Positions 49,033 to 59,114 of a stretch of DNA of 64,000 nt are shown here, piece by piece. Source of the DNA: Parcubacteria group bacterium (GTDB lineage Bacteria > Patescibacteriota > Minisyncoccia > Moranbacterales > UBA2206); contig JBAYLE010000004.1 in the NCBI GenBank assembly GCA_041664225.1, positions 10,640 through 74,639 of the forward strand. Reading direction: 5' to 3'. The stretch's first letter is position 1; each line of letters opens with the position of its first letter. The notes beneath the pieces are model-generated. The model worked only from the letters and a program-made list of their open reading frames with translations, had not been told where the DNA came from and ran no database searches. Made by a program: the position numbers and the translations under genes.

Positions 49033-49608
49033 ATGGCAGAAGATAAAAAAATAAAAATTTTAATTATTGATGACGATGATGCTACACGAAGCCTGTATGC
49101 GGAGGTTTTTAAAAGACATGGTTTTGATGTTGCCGAAGCAGTCGATGGCGTGGAAGGTCTCGACAAAGCATCAATAAATATTCCCGATGTCATTTTTACC
49201 GGAATAATTATGCCACGGATGGACGGTTTCGCTTTGATGGAGGCTCTAAAGAAAAATATGGTGACCAGCAGTATCCCAGTAGCTGTTTCTTCACATATGG
49301 GTCGGGAAGAAGATCAAAAAAGGGCAAAGGAATTAGGAGCCGGTGATTTCATCCCAAGGGATATGAATACCCCAAATGAAGTGGTGGAGCGGATAAAGGT
49401 TATGCTTAATCTGGCTAAATATAAGATAAAATTTTATACTGATGAGCTGGATGCGTTGAAATTAGCACAGGATATGCATCTTAATGAAAAATTTCAGTGT
49501 GCCTCTTGCGGAGGGGAAGCAATCTTGTCCTTGCATCTAAAAGAGGTGGCCAGCCATGAATTCATCGCTAAATTCGTGTGTTCCAAATGCGGAAAGGAAC
49601 AAGACTGA
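49033..49608 (+). CDS. Receiver domain protein with C-terminal CxxC...CxxC zinc ribbon
   Basis: ILIIDDD; CASC and CSKC. Confidence 0.8.
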   Translation: MAEDKKIKILIIDDDDATRSLYAEVFKRHGFDVAEAVDGVEGLDKASINIPDVIFTGIIMPRMDGFALMEALKKNMVTSSIPVAVSSHMGREEDQKRAKELGAGDFIPRDMNTPNEVVERIKVMLNLAKYKIKFYTDELDALKLAQDMHLNEKFQCASCGGEAILSLHLKEVASHEFIAKFVCSKCGKEQD

Positions 49609-49675
49609 TCTTAAATATTACGCTTTAAATAATTTGAAAGCGGGGTGGAAAACCTCGCTTTAAATTGAATACCAT

Positions 49676-51394
49676 ATGAATCGCGCTTGGAGAGTAAAAG
49701 AAAAAAGCAATATAAAAAACATTGAATTGGAGAAAAAATATCATCCGCTTGTTTTGCAGCTTTTGGCGAGCCGAGGCCTTTTGGAGGAAACTGAAATAAA
49801 TAATTTTTTCAAACCCGATTATGCGACTGGTATTTATGATCCGTTTATTTTTCCAGATATGGGCAAAGCGGTTGAGCGGATAATTAGGGCCAGAGAAAGC
49901 CAGGAAAAAGTCGCAATTTTTGGGGATTATGACGCTGATGGTGTCACATCCACTGCAGTGCTTTTTGAAGTTCTGGAAAAACTTGGTCTTAAATGTGCGG
50001 AAATATATATACCCGACCGTCAGCTTGAGGGATATGGCATGAATATCGAGGCGATAAATTTCTTACAGAAAAAGGGAATCACATTAATAATAACAGTAGA
50101 CTGCGGTATAACCAATATTGAGGAAGTTAGACAAGCGGGGAAATTAGGAATTGATGTTATAATCACCGATCATCATCATGTGCCCGAAAAAATTCCTGAA
50201 GCTTTTGCGATAATCAATCCTAGCGGTGAAGAGTCCGTGTATCCTTTTAAAAATTTAGCCGGAGTCGGAGTGGCTTTCAAGTTGGCTCAGGCCTTGTGTC
50301 AAAAAATTGAACCAGAGGGCATCGAGCGATTGAAGTGGTTGCTGGATCTGGTGGCTGTCGGGACTATCGCTGATTGCGTGCCGTTGATCGATGAAAACAG
50401 AGTTATCGTCAAGTATGGATTGGTGGTTTTGTCTAAAACGCGCAGACAGGGGCTCTTGGAAATGTTCAAGGTCGGTCGGATCATGATCGACGAAAATAAT
50501 ATTCCGGATACGCAAAAAATTGCTTTTCAGATCTCACCGCGCATCAACGCGGCTGGCAGAATGGATCATGCCAGTGTTTCTTTCAAATTGATGATTGAAA
50601 AAAATACGGCTGTTGCGCGGGATATGGCTTTGGAGGTTGAAAGTAAGAATCAGGAAAGGCAAAAGGTTACCGCGGAAATCGTTCGAGAAATTCGGATCGT
50701 TGCCGAAAATATGTACAAAGACAAAAAATTAATCTTTGTGCATAATGAGCATTGGCAAGTCGGCATCCTGGGGCTGGTAGCTGGGAAAATTGCCGACGAG
50801 TTTAATAAGCCGACCGTAGTTTTGCAAAAACAAGATCAGGAATTTGTCGGGTCGCTCAGAAGCATTCCGCAAATCAATATTATCGAAGCTTTGGAAAAAT
50901 GCTCAGATTTGCTGATTCGATTTGGCGGGCATGCGCAAGCAGCAGGTGTGCGGGTGGCGCCGGGCAAAATAGAAAAATTTTACGAAAAGCTCTCTCAAAT
51001 CATCGAAAAAGAATTGCAAGGCAAGGATATTATTCCCGAAATAGAAATAGACGCGGAAATAAAAGCTCAGGACATCAATTGGGATCTGGTTACGGAGCTC
51101 AAAAAGATGGAGCCTTTCGGCGAAGGGAATGTTGAGCCGGTTTTTCTAATGAAAGAAATGTTGATTCAGGATTTGCGGATTGTGGGCAACGGAAGCAAGC
51201 ATTTAAAATTGGCTTTGCGCCCAAAAGACGGCAGCCCGAAAATCTTTGACGCTATTGGATTTGGTTTCGGTGATAAACTGCCCGACTTAAAAAATGGAGA
51301 CCTGATTGATATTGTTTTTAATCTGCAAGAGGATGAATGGAATGGCAACAAAAAAATCCAACTGAAGCTGATTGATTTAAAAGTAATTAAATAA
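49676..51394 (+). CDS. recJ: Single-stranded-DNA exonuclease
   Basis: GDYDADG, TVDCG, TDHH, PRINAAGR, GGHAQAAG. Confidence 0.96.
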   Translation: MNRAWRVKEKSNIKNIELEKKYHPLVLQLLASRGLLEETEINNFFKPDYATGIYDPFIFPDMGKAVERIIRARESQEKVAIFGDYDADGVTSTAVLFEVLEKLGLKCAEIYIPDRQLEGYGMNIEAINFLQKKGITLIITVDCGITNIEEVRQAGKLGIDVIITDHHHVPEKIPEAFAIINPSGEESVYPFKNLAGVGVAFKLAQALCQKIEPEGIERLKWLLDLVAVGTIADCVPLIDENRVIVKYGLVVLSKTRRQGLLEMFKVGRIMIDENNIPDTQKIAFQISPRINAAGRMDHASVSFKLMIEKNTAVARDMALEVESKNQERQKVTAEIVREIRIVAENMYKDKKLIFVHNEHWQVGILGLVAGKIADEFNKPTVVLQKQDQEFVGSLRSIPQINIIEALEKCSDLLIRFGGHAQAAGVRVAPGKIEKFYEKLSQIIEKELQGKDIIPEIEIDAEIKAQDINWDLVTELKKMEPFGEGNVEPVFLMKEMLIQDLRIVGNGSKHLKLALRPKDGSPKIFDAIGFGFGDKLPDLKNGDLIDIVFNLQEDEWNGNKKIQLKLIDLKVIK

Positions 51395-51451
51395 ATAAAA
51401 AAGAGCGCGGGTTTTATTCGCGCTCAGGATAGACTGCTATTCAGCAATCGT

Positions 51452-51541
51452 TTAACAGTAGTATTTCGCCAAATATATAATGGCAGAAGCCTCACTGACC
51501 ATGAGAAAAAGTAAAGAAAAGATTTCCGGCTTGTGTTTCAT
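51452..51541 (-). CDS. 29-aa hydrophobic peptide MKHKPEIFSLLFLMVSEASAIIYLAKYYC
   Basis: G-rich SD directly after the upstream lipoprotein stop; terminator downstream. Confidence 0.45.
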   Translation of the reverse strand: MKHKPEIFSLLFLMVSEASAIIYLAKYYC

Positions 51542-51552
51542 GGTAACCCCCC

Positions 51553-51696
51553 CTATTTTTGCGGTTTTTCAAATAAGTCGCGAGAATCATATGGCTTGTT
51601 GGTGTCTTTGTACGGACTGGGTTTGCATCCGGCCATTATTATGGCCAAGCTCGCGGAAATAACCAAAATTACTAAAAGAACCTTGAATTTTTTCAT
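51553..51696 (-). CDS. 47-aa putative lipoprotein MKKFKVLLVILVISASLAIIMAGCKPSPYK...
   Basis: Basic N-terminus, hydrophobic core, lipobox-like MAGC, SD gggaga. Confidence 0.6.
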   Translation of the reverse strand: MKKFKVLLVILVISASLAIIMAGCKPSPYKDTNKPYDSRDLFEKPQK

Positions 51697-51778
51697 ATTT
51701 TATCTCCCGTATTTTTGATAAGAATATAACATATACAGGATATTTTTCAAGTTTTGTTTTTCGTGTTAAACTGATTCT

Positions 51779-52207
51779 ATGGAAAAAATAGTCATGTATA
51801 CCGATGGCGGGTCGAGGAATAATCCCGGGCCGGCGGCGGTTGGTGTTTGGATCGAGACGCTCAATAAAAAATATGGAGAGTGTATCGGTGAAAAAACCAA
51901 CAACGAAGCGGAGTACGAAGCGCTGATTTTCGGGCTCAAGAAACTCAAATCGCTCTTAGGCAAAGGCAAAACAAAATCCGCTGAAATAGTTTGCTATTTA
52001 GACAGTGAATTGGTGGTGAAACAGTTAAGTCACGAATATAAGTTGACCGAAGAGCATATCCAAAAACTATTCATCCAGATTTGGAACTTGATGCTGGATT
52101 TTGGCAAAGTGACTTTTCATCACATACGCAGAGAAAAAAATACCATCGCGGACGCCCTGGTGAATGAAGCGCTTGACGCGCGAGAAAGGCAAAATAAACT
52201 TTTATAA
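51779..52207 (+). CDS. rnhA: Ribonuclease HI family protein
   Basis: YTDGGSRNNPG, TNNEAEY, DSELVV, NTIAD. Confidence 0.9.
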   Translation: MEKIVMYTDGGSRNNPGPAAVGVWIETLNKKYGECIGEKTNNEAEYEALIFGLKKLKSLLGKGKTKSAEIVCYLDSELVVKQLSHEYKLTEEHIQKLFIQIWNLMLDFGKVTFHHIRREKNTIADALVNEALDARERQNKLL

Positions 52208-52216
52208 TCTTTTTTT

Positions 52217-53233
52217 ATGATTAAGTACAAGAAACGGATAATGTGGGGGATAATTATTATAGCGGTGGTTGCTGGCGGCTATTATCTTCTCCGTCCCAAG
52301 GCGCCGGTGACGGTTTACACAACAGCTGATGTTGCGCGCGGAAATCTAGCGCAAACAGTTTCTGAGACCGGTACAATCATGACGGTCAATCAGACTGATT
52401 TGTCTTTTAAAATTAGCGGCAGAGTAATCAAGCTTTTGGCCGATGTGGGCGACCAAATCAAGACTGGCCAGCTTCTGGCGCAATTGGACCTGGGAACTCT
52501 TGGATCGCAATTGGCGCAAGCGCAGTCAGAAGTAAAGGTGCAACAGGAAACTTTGGATAATCTGGTAAAACACGAGGGCTCACAATCATCTACGGGAGAT
52601 CAGCGCGACGCGCAACGCGCCAGACTAAAACAAGCCAAGGAGGGTGTGGTATCGGTTTGGTCCCAGATCCGCGATACGTATATGTATTCTCCGATTGATG
52701 GCGTTATTCTCAAGCGCAATGTCGATCCTTTTGAAACCACAGTGGCCAACAGTCCGACGCCGGTTTTCACAGTCGGCGATCCGCATGACCTGGTCATTGA
52801 AACGAATGTTCCGGAATCAGACATTGCGAAAATAAAAATTGATCAGACGGCCAGCATTACATTTGACGCTTTGCCGGCCGATGAAATTTTTGATGCGAAA
52901 GTCACGGAAATTGATCCGGCTTCGACAGAGATCCAGGACGTTGTGTATTATCGGATAAAATTGAAACTGGATAAAATTAATGAAAACTTAAAGTCCGGCA
53001 TGACGGCCAATATCGATATCCACACTGCGGAAGCGGACAATGTCTTGATGATTCCCATTCGCGCCGTGCAAACGGAAGGCAAGGAGCAAGTCGTCCAGAT
53101 TCTTAATGCTGATGGAAAAACAACGGCGAAAATTAAGGTTCAAACCGGATTGCAAGGCGATGAAGGCATGGTGGAGATTAAATCAGGCCTCACGGAAGGG
53201 CAGAAGGTGGTGACTTTCGCTCAAACTCAATAA
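52217..53233 (+). CDS. Efflux periplasmic adaptor (MacA/HlyD family)
   Basis: N-terminal TM, SFKISGRV, SPIDG, GMTA. Confidence 0.9.
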   Translation: MIKYKKRIMWGIIIIAVVAGGYYLLRPKAPVTVYTTADVARGNLAQTVSETGTIMTVNQTDLSFKISGRVIKLLADVGDQIKTGQLLAQLDLGTLGSQLAQAQSEVKVQQETLDNLVKHEGSQSSTGDQRDAQRARLKQAKEGVVSVWSQIRDTYMYSPIDGVILKRNVDPFETTVANSPTPVFTVGDPHDLVIETNVPESDIAKIKIDQTASITFDALPADEIFDAKVTEIDPASTEIQDVVYYRIKLKLDKINENLKSGMTANIDIHTAEADNVLMIPIRAVQTEGKEQVVQILNADGKTTAKIKVQTGLQGDEGMVEIKSGLTEGQKVVTFAQTQ

Positions 53234-53258
53234 TCTTTTTATAGGACCTATAAGACTT

Positions 53259-54005
53259 ATGGGTCCTATAAGTCTTATGGAAAAATTAATCCAAGTCCAA
53301 AATCTGTGCAAAACGTATGACAACGAAGGCGTGAAGACGCAGGCGGTTTGCGACGTGACTTTTTCCATTGAAAAAGGGGAGTTTGTTTCGATTATGGGAC
53401 CATCGGGCTCCGGAAAGTCGACGCTGATGCAGATGTTGGGTTTTTTGGATCGGCCGACAAATGGCGGATATATTTTTGAAGGGCGAGACACATCGAAATT
53501 CACCGAAGACGAGCTGGCGGATTTGCGCAACCAAAAGATCGGGTTTGTTTTTCAAACTTTCAATCTGCTTCCGCGGACTTCTGTTTTTGAAAATGTAGAA
53601 CTGCCCTTATTATACGACAGAAAAAAAGCGACCAAAGAAAGTAATGCGGAAAAAGTTATGCAGGCGCTAAAAGCGGTTTCCATGGATCACCGCGCCAATT
53701 ATCTTTCCAACCAACTGTCAGGCGGAGAAAAACAAAGAGTGGCGATCGCCCGCGCGCTGGTGCTGGACCCGGAAGTGATTTTTGCTGATGAGCCGACGGG
53801 CAATCTCGATTCGAAAACCGGGACGCAAATTATGAAAATTTTCCAGGAGCTGAATAATCATGGCCACACCATAATTTTGGTTACGCACGAAACATACACA
53901 GCCGAACATGCTAAAAGAATTTTACAAGTCAAAGACGGGAATATTATTTCGGACATTCCGGTCGCGAACAGAAGAATAGCCAGGGATGGAGAGATGCTGA
54001 AATAA
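53259..54005 (+). CDS. ABC ATP-binding protein (MacB/LolD type); start probably 53277
   Basis: [25 protein letters not shown]. Confidence 0.93.
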   Translation: MGPISLMEKLIQVQNLCKTYDNEGVKTQAVCDVTFSIEKGEFVSIMGPSGSGKSTLMQMLGFLDRPTNGGYIFEGRDTSKFTEDELADLRNQKIGFVFQTFNLLPRTSVFENVELPLLYDRKKATKESNAEKVMQALKAVSMDHRANYLSNQLSGGEKQRVAIARALVLDPEVIFADEPTGNLDSKTGTQIMKIFQELNNHGHTIILVTHETYTAEHAKRILQVKDGNIISDIPVANRRIARDGEMLK

Positions 54006-54349
54006 AAATTGTCTTGCCCTTAATATTAAAAAGCAAGACAGTTTTACAATTTTGCAATTCCGACAACCGGTTCTTCATCTTCAACGAAAACAAAGCTTCC
54101 ATTCCCGTTGAATTTCGCATTTGCTAACATTTCAACATTGTTTACGGTTATCAGATCAGGCGTTATTTTTACAAAGTACTTTTCATTTCTGAGGATGGAT
54201 ATGTAATCCATTAACTTCGATTTTTTGTATAAGGAGTCTGGTAAAAAACCATCTCCGATATCCAAATTTTTAAAACAAAATCCATTATTTGCGGGTTTCA
54301 TTTTTTTACCTCCTTTTTCTAAATTATAATACTTATCTAAACAAAATCA

Positions 54350-55591
54350 ATGTTATTGGCCAATCCGATAAAAATATCCTACAAAAACCTGATGGCGGCG
54401 AAGTGGCGGTCGTTTTTGACAGTGCTGGGAATCATTATCGGCGTGGCCTCGGTGATTATCGTTATGGCGATCGGTGCCAGTGCCCAGCAGCTGATTTTGG
54501 ACCAGGTGTCAGGCGTCGGTTCCAACCTGGTGGGAATTCTCCCGGGTGGGTCGGAAGAAAAGGGCCCGCCAGCTACCGTTTTTGGAGCAATTATTACCAC
54601 GCTAAAATATAAAGACCTAAAGTCAATCGGAAGCAAGAGCAATGTGCCGGACGTTACAAATGTTTCCGGTTACGTGACTGGTTCGGCAACAGCCAAACAT
54701 CAAGACAATAGTTTCGCTGTGACATTTCAGGGCGTGAGCTCTGATTTAGTCAACATTGAAAACATTAAAGTGGCTCACGGCAGATTTTTTATGTCCGAAG
54801 AAGAAACGAATCTAGCGCGAGTGGCAGTGTTGGGTGCCGACAGGGTGCGAGATTTTTTCCCCAACGAGGATCCAATCGGCAAAATACTCACCATCAAAGA
54901 CCTGAATTTTACAGTAATCGGAACTCTGGAGAAAAAAGGATCATCCGGTTTTTCCAATACTGATGAGACCATATACATACCGCTTTTTACGGCACAAAAA
55001 TTGATTTTGGGGATTGATTACCTTAATTTTATCCGTGCCAAGGTTGATAACCCGCAAAATTTGGACCGGTCGGTCGCGGATATCAAAATCACGCTGCGGC
55101 AAAATCACAACATCAAAGATCCAACAGACGATGATTTTTCAGTGCGCACGACAGCCCAAGCTCTTTCTACTTTAGCTAGCATAACCGACATTTTGAAATA
55201 TTTTTTGACATCCATCGCGGCTATTTCGCTTTTGGTCGGCGGAGTGGGGATTATGAATATCATGCTGATTGCAGTTAATCAGCGTATCCGTGAAATTGGC
55301 CTCAGAAAAGCCGTGGGAGCTCGGAATGCGAATATTGTTTCGCAATTTTTGATCGAGTCGGTTTTTATAACATTTGCAGGCGGATTTCTGGGGATATTTT
55401 TTGGAATTTTAGTTTCCTATCTGGCGGCATTGGTTATTAACCGTTTGGGATACACTTGGCAGTTTTTAATCACTAGTGATTCGATAGTTATTGCTACGGC
55501 AGTCACGATTTTGATCGGCCTGATTTTTGGCATGTATCCGGCGCGCAAAGCTTCACGGGTTTCTCCTATGGAGGCATTGCGATATGAATAA
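54350..55591 (+). CDS. ABC permease (MacB/FtsX-like)
   Basis: RSFLTVLGIIIG, GGVGIMNIM, REIGLRKAVGA, MEALRYE. Confidence 0.93.
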   Translation: MLLANPIKISYKNLMAAKWRSFLTVLGIIIGVASVIIVMAIGASAQQLILDQVSGVGSNLVGILPGGSEEKGPPATVFGAIITTLKYKDLKSIGSKSNVPDVTNVSGYVTGSATAKHQDNSFAVTFQGVSSDLVNIENIKVAHGRFFMSEEETNLARVAVLGADRVRDFFPNEDPIGKILTIKDLNFTVIGTLEKKGSSGFSNTDETIYIPLFTAQKLILGIDYLNFIRAKVDNPQNLDRSVADIKITLRQNHNIKDPTDDDFSVRTTAQALSTLASITDILKYFLTSIAAISLLVGGVGIMNIMLIAVNQRIREIGLRKAVGARNANIVSQFLIESVFITFAGGFLGIFFGILVSYLAALVINRLGYTWQFLITSDSIVIATAVTILIGLIFGMYPARKASRVSPMEALRYE

Positions 55592-55594
55592 TTT

Positions 55595-56851
55595 ATGTTC
55601 CACGAACTGATATTATCTATAAAATTAGCCTTCAAAAATCTTCGCATGAATCTCGGGCGGACGATTTTGACGCTGTTTGGAATCGTGATCGGGATCACTT
55701 CGGTGATTGTCATTATGTCAAGCGGCCAGGGTGTCAAAAGTTTTATTCTCGATCTGATTGGAACCTTTGGTAATGATGTGATCCAAGTTGAAGTAAAAGT
55801 TCCTGCCACCGGCAAGACTTCCTCGCAAAACGCTATGGGTCAGGCGATGGGCATCCAGATTACGACCCTGAAACAAGAAGACGCGGATGCAATTGCGAAA
55901 CTGCCCAATGTGGAAGCTTTGTACACGGCTAATTATACGCAGGAAATTGCCACCTACCAAGGCGTGAAAAAGCGCGCTTTACTTTTTGGCACCAGTGCCG
56001 GCGTCTTGCAAACGGATCCCGGCGTCAAAGTGGCGGAAGGAAATTTTTTCACGGAGGCTGAAGATCGCAGTCTGGCCCAAGTGGCGGTTATCGGACCTGA
56101 CATCAAGCAAACTTTTTTTGGGGACGGCGGAGCGGTTGGAAAAGAGATAAAAATCAGCAATAAAAATTACAAAGTTGTCGGCGTCCTGGAAAAACGCGGG
56201 ACGTTCGGTGTCATGAATTATGATGAGTTGATTTATCTGCCGGTGCGCACGCTTGGGAAAAAAATTCTGGGCATCGATTATTTGCGCAATGTTTTAATCA
56301 AGGTTCGCGATGTTAATCTTTTGGATGCGACGGGTGCGGACATCACGGATACCATGCGCCGCCAGCATAATATTATTGATCCAGACAAGGATGATTTTTC
56401 CGTGACTTCTATGAAGGAAGTGCAGGATATTATCGGCACGGTTTTTAACACGATCAATATTCTGCTTTTAGCGCTGACTTCAATTTCACTGGTTGTCGGA
56501 GGGGTGGGGATTATGAATGTCATGTATGTGGCGGTCGTCGAGCGGACTTTTGAAATCGGCCTCAGAAAAGCCGTGGGGGCTAAGTCCAGGGATATTTTGA
56601 AACAATTTTTATGGGAGGCGATTTTTGTGACTTTTGCCGGAGGGATTGCCGGGATTATTTTGGGATATTTATGTTTGTTTTTATTGGCTTTGATTTTTGC
56701 CAGATTAGGATTTGGCTTAAACCTTTCAGTCACCTTGCAATCGGTTCTTATTGCCACCGGTTTTTCCGTGGCAGTGGGAATAATCTTTGGCTATTATCCG
56801 GCGCGCAAAGCTTCGCAACTTTCGCCGATGGAAGCGTTGAGAAAGGAATAG
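55595..56851 (+). CDS. ABC permease (MacB/FtsX-like), paralog
   Basis: GGVGIMNVM, EIGLRKAVGA, MEALRKE. Confidence 0.93.
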   Translation: MFHELILSIKLAFKNLRMNLGRTILTLFGIVIGITSVIVIMSSGQGVKSFILDLIGTFGNDVIQVEVKVPATGKTSSQNAMGQAMGIQITTLKQEDADAIAKLPNVEALYTANYTQEIATYQGVKKRALLFGTSAGVLQTDPGVKVAEGNFFTEAEDRSLAQVAVIGPDIKQTFFGDGGAVGKEIKISNKNYKVVGVLEKRGTFGVMNYDELIYLPVRTLGKKILGIDYLRNVLIKVRDVNLLDATGADITDTMRRQHNIIDPDKDDFSVTSMKEVQDIIGTVFNTINILLLALTSISLVVGGVGIMNVMYVAVVERTFEIGLRKAVGAKSRDILKQFLWEAIFVTFAGGIAGIILGYLCLFLLALIFARLGFGLNLSVTLQSVLIATGFSVAVGIIFGYYPARKASQLSPMEALRKE

Positions 56852-56913
56852 ATTTTTGGAAATAAAAAAACCACTGAAATCAATCCGACATCCGGATTGA
56901 TTTCAGCGGTAGA

Positions 56914-57147
56914 CTATTCGCAGTATTCTTGGGAATACTTTAGCCTGCAGGGATTGCATGTGCCAGTTGCCCGGTAACGCGTTTTTTCGGGGTGGGAAGG
57001 ATCGGTTCCTAGATGAATCCTTTTGACCCACACGGGCTTGTAGCAAACCGTGCACTTGCGCCGCTCATGCGTGAACAGATAGAACCCTGCATAAGAAAAT
57101 AGTAAGAATGTACCGATAATAAGTGCGACAACAAAAGCAGTATTCAT
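56914..57147 (-). CDS. Small membrane-anchored protein with CxxC...CxxC
   Basis: N-terminal TM, CTVC and CNPC, SD ggaggggg. Confidence 0.65.
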   Translation of the reverse strand: MNTAFVVALIIGTFLLFSYAGFYLFTHERRKCTVCYKPVWVKRIHLGTDPSHPEKTRYRATGTCNPCRLKYSQEYCE

Positions 57148-57184
57148 GTAGTTTCCCCCTCCCGGCTCGTTGGCCGAATTTTTT

Positions 57185-57373
57185 TCAGATTTCCCTTACG
57201 GGTGATTTAGGATTGTAGGGCGTGATTTGTCTTTCTTCCTGGTTTGAATTGAAAAGATCATTAATCATCTGGCCTATGTTGACATCTTTCAGATTTAGGA
57301 CAAAAAGCAGAAATAAGCTGAACAAAATACCCAAGATTGCTGCTATAACTATCTCTAACGTAAATCTCTTCAT
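57185..57373 (-). CDS. Small single-TM hypothetical protein
   Basis: MKRFTLEIVIAAILGIL...; minus-strand promoter ttgaca-17-tataat at about 57433-57461. Confidence 0.6.
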   Translation of the reverse strand: MKRFTLEIVIAAILGILFSLFLLFVLNLKDVNIGQMINDLFNSNQEERQITPYNPKSPVREI

Positions 57374-57499
57374 TTTTTCTTCCCCCTGTATTTGAAACAA
57401 TCGAGAGCTAATTTTTAATATACTGGCTCTTAATTATACACCCAAACTGGCATTTTGTCAAGCATTGCGCCTGATTTTAGCGCGTGGTAAAATTTAATT

Positions 57500-57820
57500 A
57501 TGGAAGACGAAAAAGACAACAACGAAGAGATAAAATTGCTGGCCGAACCGCAAAAGATTGAATCGGGCAAAAAGGATTTTTATGTTGAACTCGTATTGTT
57601 TTTGATTTTGGGAGCCTTAATTGGCATCACGGTTAAAACCGAAGCTAACAAAAGAATTACTATTGGATACAACGACTACAAAATGAAAACTGGAATTCAG
57701 CAATATAGCATTAATAAATTGCAAGCCGATCTTTTGAAAAAGCAAAGCGAAGCTGCTTCAAATAGCCAAGATTCAGCGCAGAATTCGGCGGAAGGCGCGA
57801 GTTGCACTAATAATCAATAG
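57500..57820 (+). CDS. Hypothetical single-TM protein
   Basis: ORF with one TM; probable leaderless start. Confidence 0.7.
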   Translation: MEDEKDNNEEIKLLAEPQKIESGKKDFYVELVLFLILGALIGITVKTEANKRITIGYNDYKMKTGIQQYSINKLQADLLKKQSEAASNSQDSAQNSAEGASCTNNQ

Positions 57821-57848
57821 CAAGTAAAATATAAAAAATTTAAATTTT

Positions 57849-58862
57849 ATGGAAGAAGATAAGAAGATAAAAAACTTAATTTCTGCTGTAATTCTTCTGA
57901 TAGGACTTTTTATCGGTAGTCTTTTCGTGGACGTGGCGCAATTAATGCGAGGTGACGGTTTTTCGCAAAAAAACTTGAATCAAAGTGAGATTTTTGAAGC
58001 TGGCGGCAAAACTTGGGTGGCCTATGGTGAACCGATGGTAGAAGTGAAAGTCTTGAGCGATGATACTTGCGGCGACAAGTGCGACCCATCGGAAGCGCTC
58101 GTTTGGATGCGCAGGGTTATTCCGACGATTAGCGCCCGAAAGATCGATTACAATTCTTCCGAAGCTATGGACTTGATAAATAAATTTGGAATCAAAACCT
58201 TGCCGGCATTTGTTTTTGATTCGGCGGTGGCCAAGACTGATTTTTATTCCCAAGCGCAGGTGTTGTTCGATCAAAAGGACAATCAATACGCATTGAAAAC
58301 AGACGAACTTGGTTTGACGCCGGGAAAATATTTAGCAACTCCTCAAATCAACGATGGCGATGCAGTTATGGGAAGGGCAGATTCAAATGTTAAGGTTGTT
58401 GTTTATTCTGATTTTCAGTGTCCATACTGCAAACTTTTTTGGTCGACGCTTCGCGATACAATAAAGCAATATGAGGGGGAGGTCTTGTTCGGCTATAAAG
58501 AATTACCCCTATCAATCCATCCGCAAGCTAATGATGCGGCTCTAGCGGCCCAGTGCGCCCTGGAACAAAACAAATTTTGGGAATACGGCGATAAGCTTTT
58601 TGGGGACCAGGACGATTGGACGAACATTGCCGATACGCAAAAGTTTAAAGAATATGCAAAGACCTTAGGCCTGAATACAGTTCAGTTTAACCAATGTTTG
58701 GATAGCAAAAAATATCAAAACAAAATTGATAATAGCGTGAGTGAGGCTACTGGCTTTGGAGTTTCCGGCACGCCGGCAACTTTCATCAATAGCCAGTTCA
58801 AAAATGGCGTGACCAGTGCGGATGACTTGAAAACGGCGATTGAAGAAGAACTAGCCAAATAA
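57849..58862 (+). CDS. DsbA/thioredoxin-domain protein
   Basis: YSDFQCPYC, GVSGTPATFIN. Confidence 0.9.
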   Translation: MEEDKKIKNLISAVILLIGLFIGSLFVDVAQLMRGDGFSQKNLNQSEIFEAGGKTWVAYGEPMVEVKVLSDDTCGDKCDPSEALVWMRRVIPTISARKIDYNSSEAMDLINKFGIKTLPAFVFDSAVAKTDFYSQAQVLFDQKDNQYALKTDELGLTPGKYLATPQINDGDAVMGRADSNVKVVVYSDFQCPYCKLFWSTLRDTIKQYEGEVLFGYKELPLSIHPQANDAALAAQCALEQNKFWEYGDKLFGDQDDWTNIADTQKFKEYAKTLGLNTVQFNQCLDSKKYQNKIDNSVSEATGFGVSGTPATFINSQFKNGVTSADDLKTAIEEELAK

Positions 58863-59114
58863 ATCGGTTTATTGCGTCGAATATCAATGATATTTATCAA
58901 ATACGCTGCTGGTCTTCGGCGGGGTTGACAGTCTTTTTCCCTGTGATACAATTGGGCTGGTAATAGCTTATAACAGTTGATTTGGATAAATAAATAGTAA
59001 TCACGTACTGCTTAAAGCGGTATTTTTTAATAAATCGTTGTCAGCACTCGCTCGGAAATAAAAACTAGTTTTTATTTCGCTCGCTTCGTTTGACAATAAG
59101 TTAAAAACAAGAAA

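Noticed and set aside
54044-54301. Minus-strand 85-aa ORF inside the MacAB operon gap
   Set aside because: Could be a gene remnant, but no clear start, SD or family; not called
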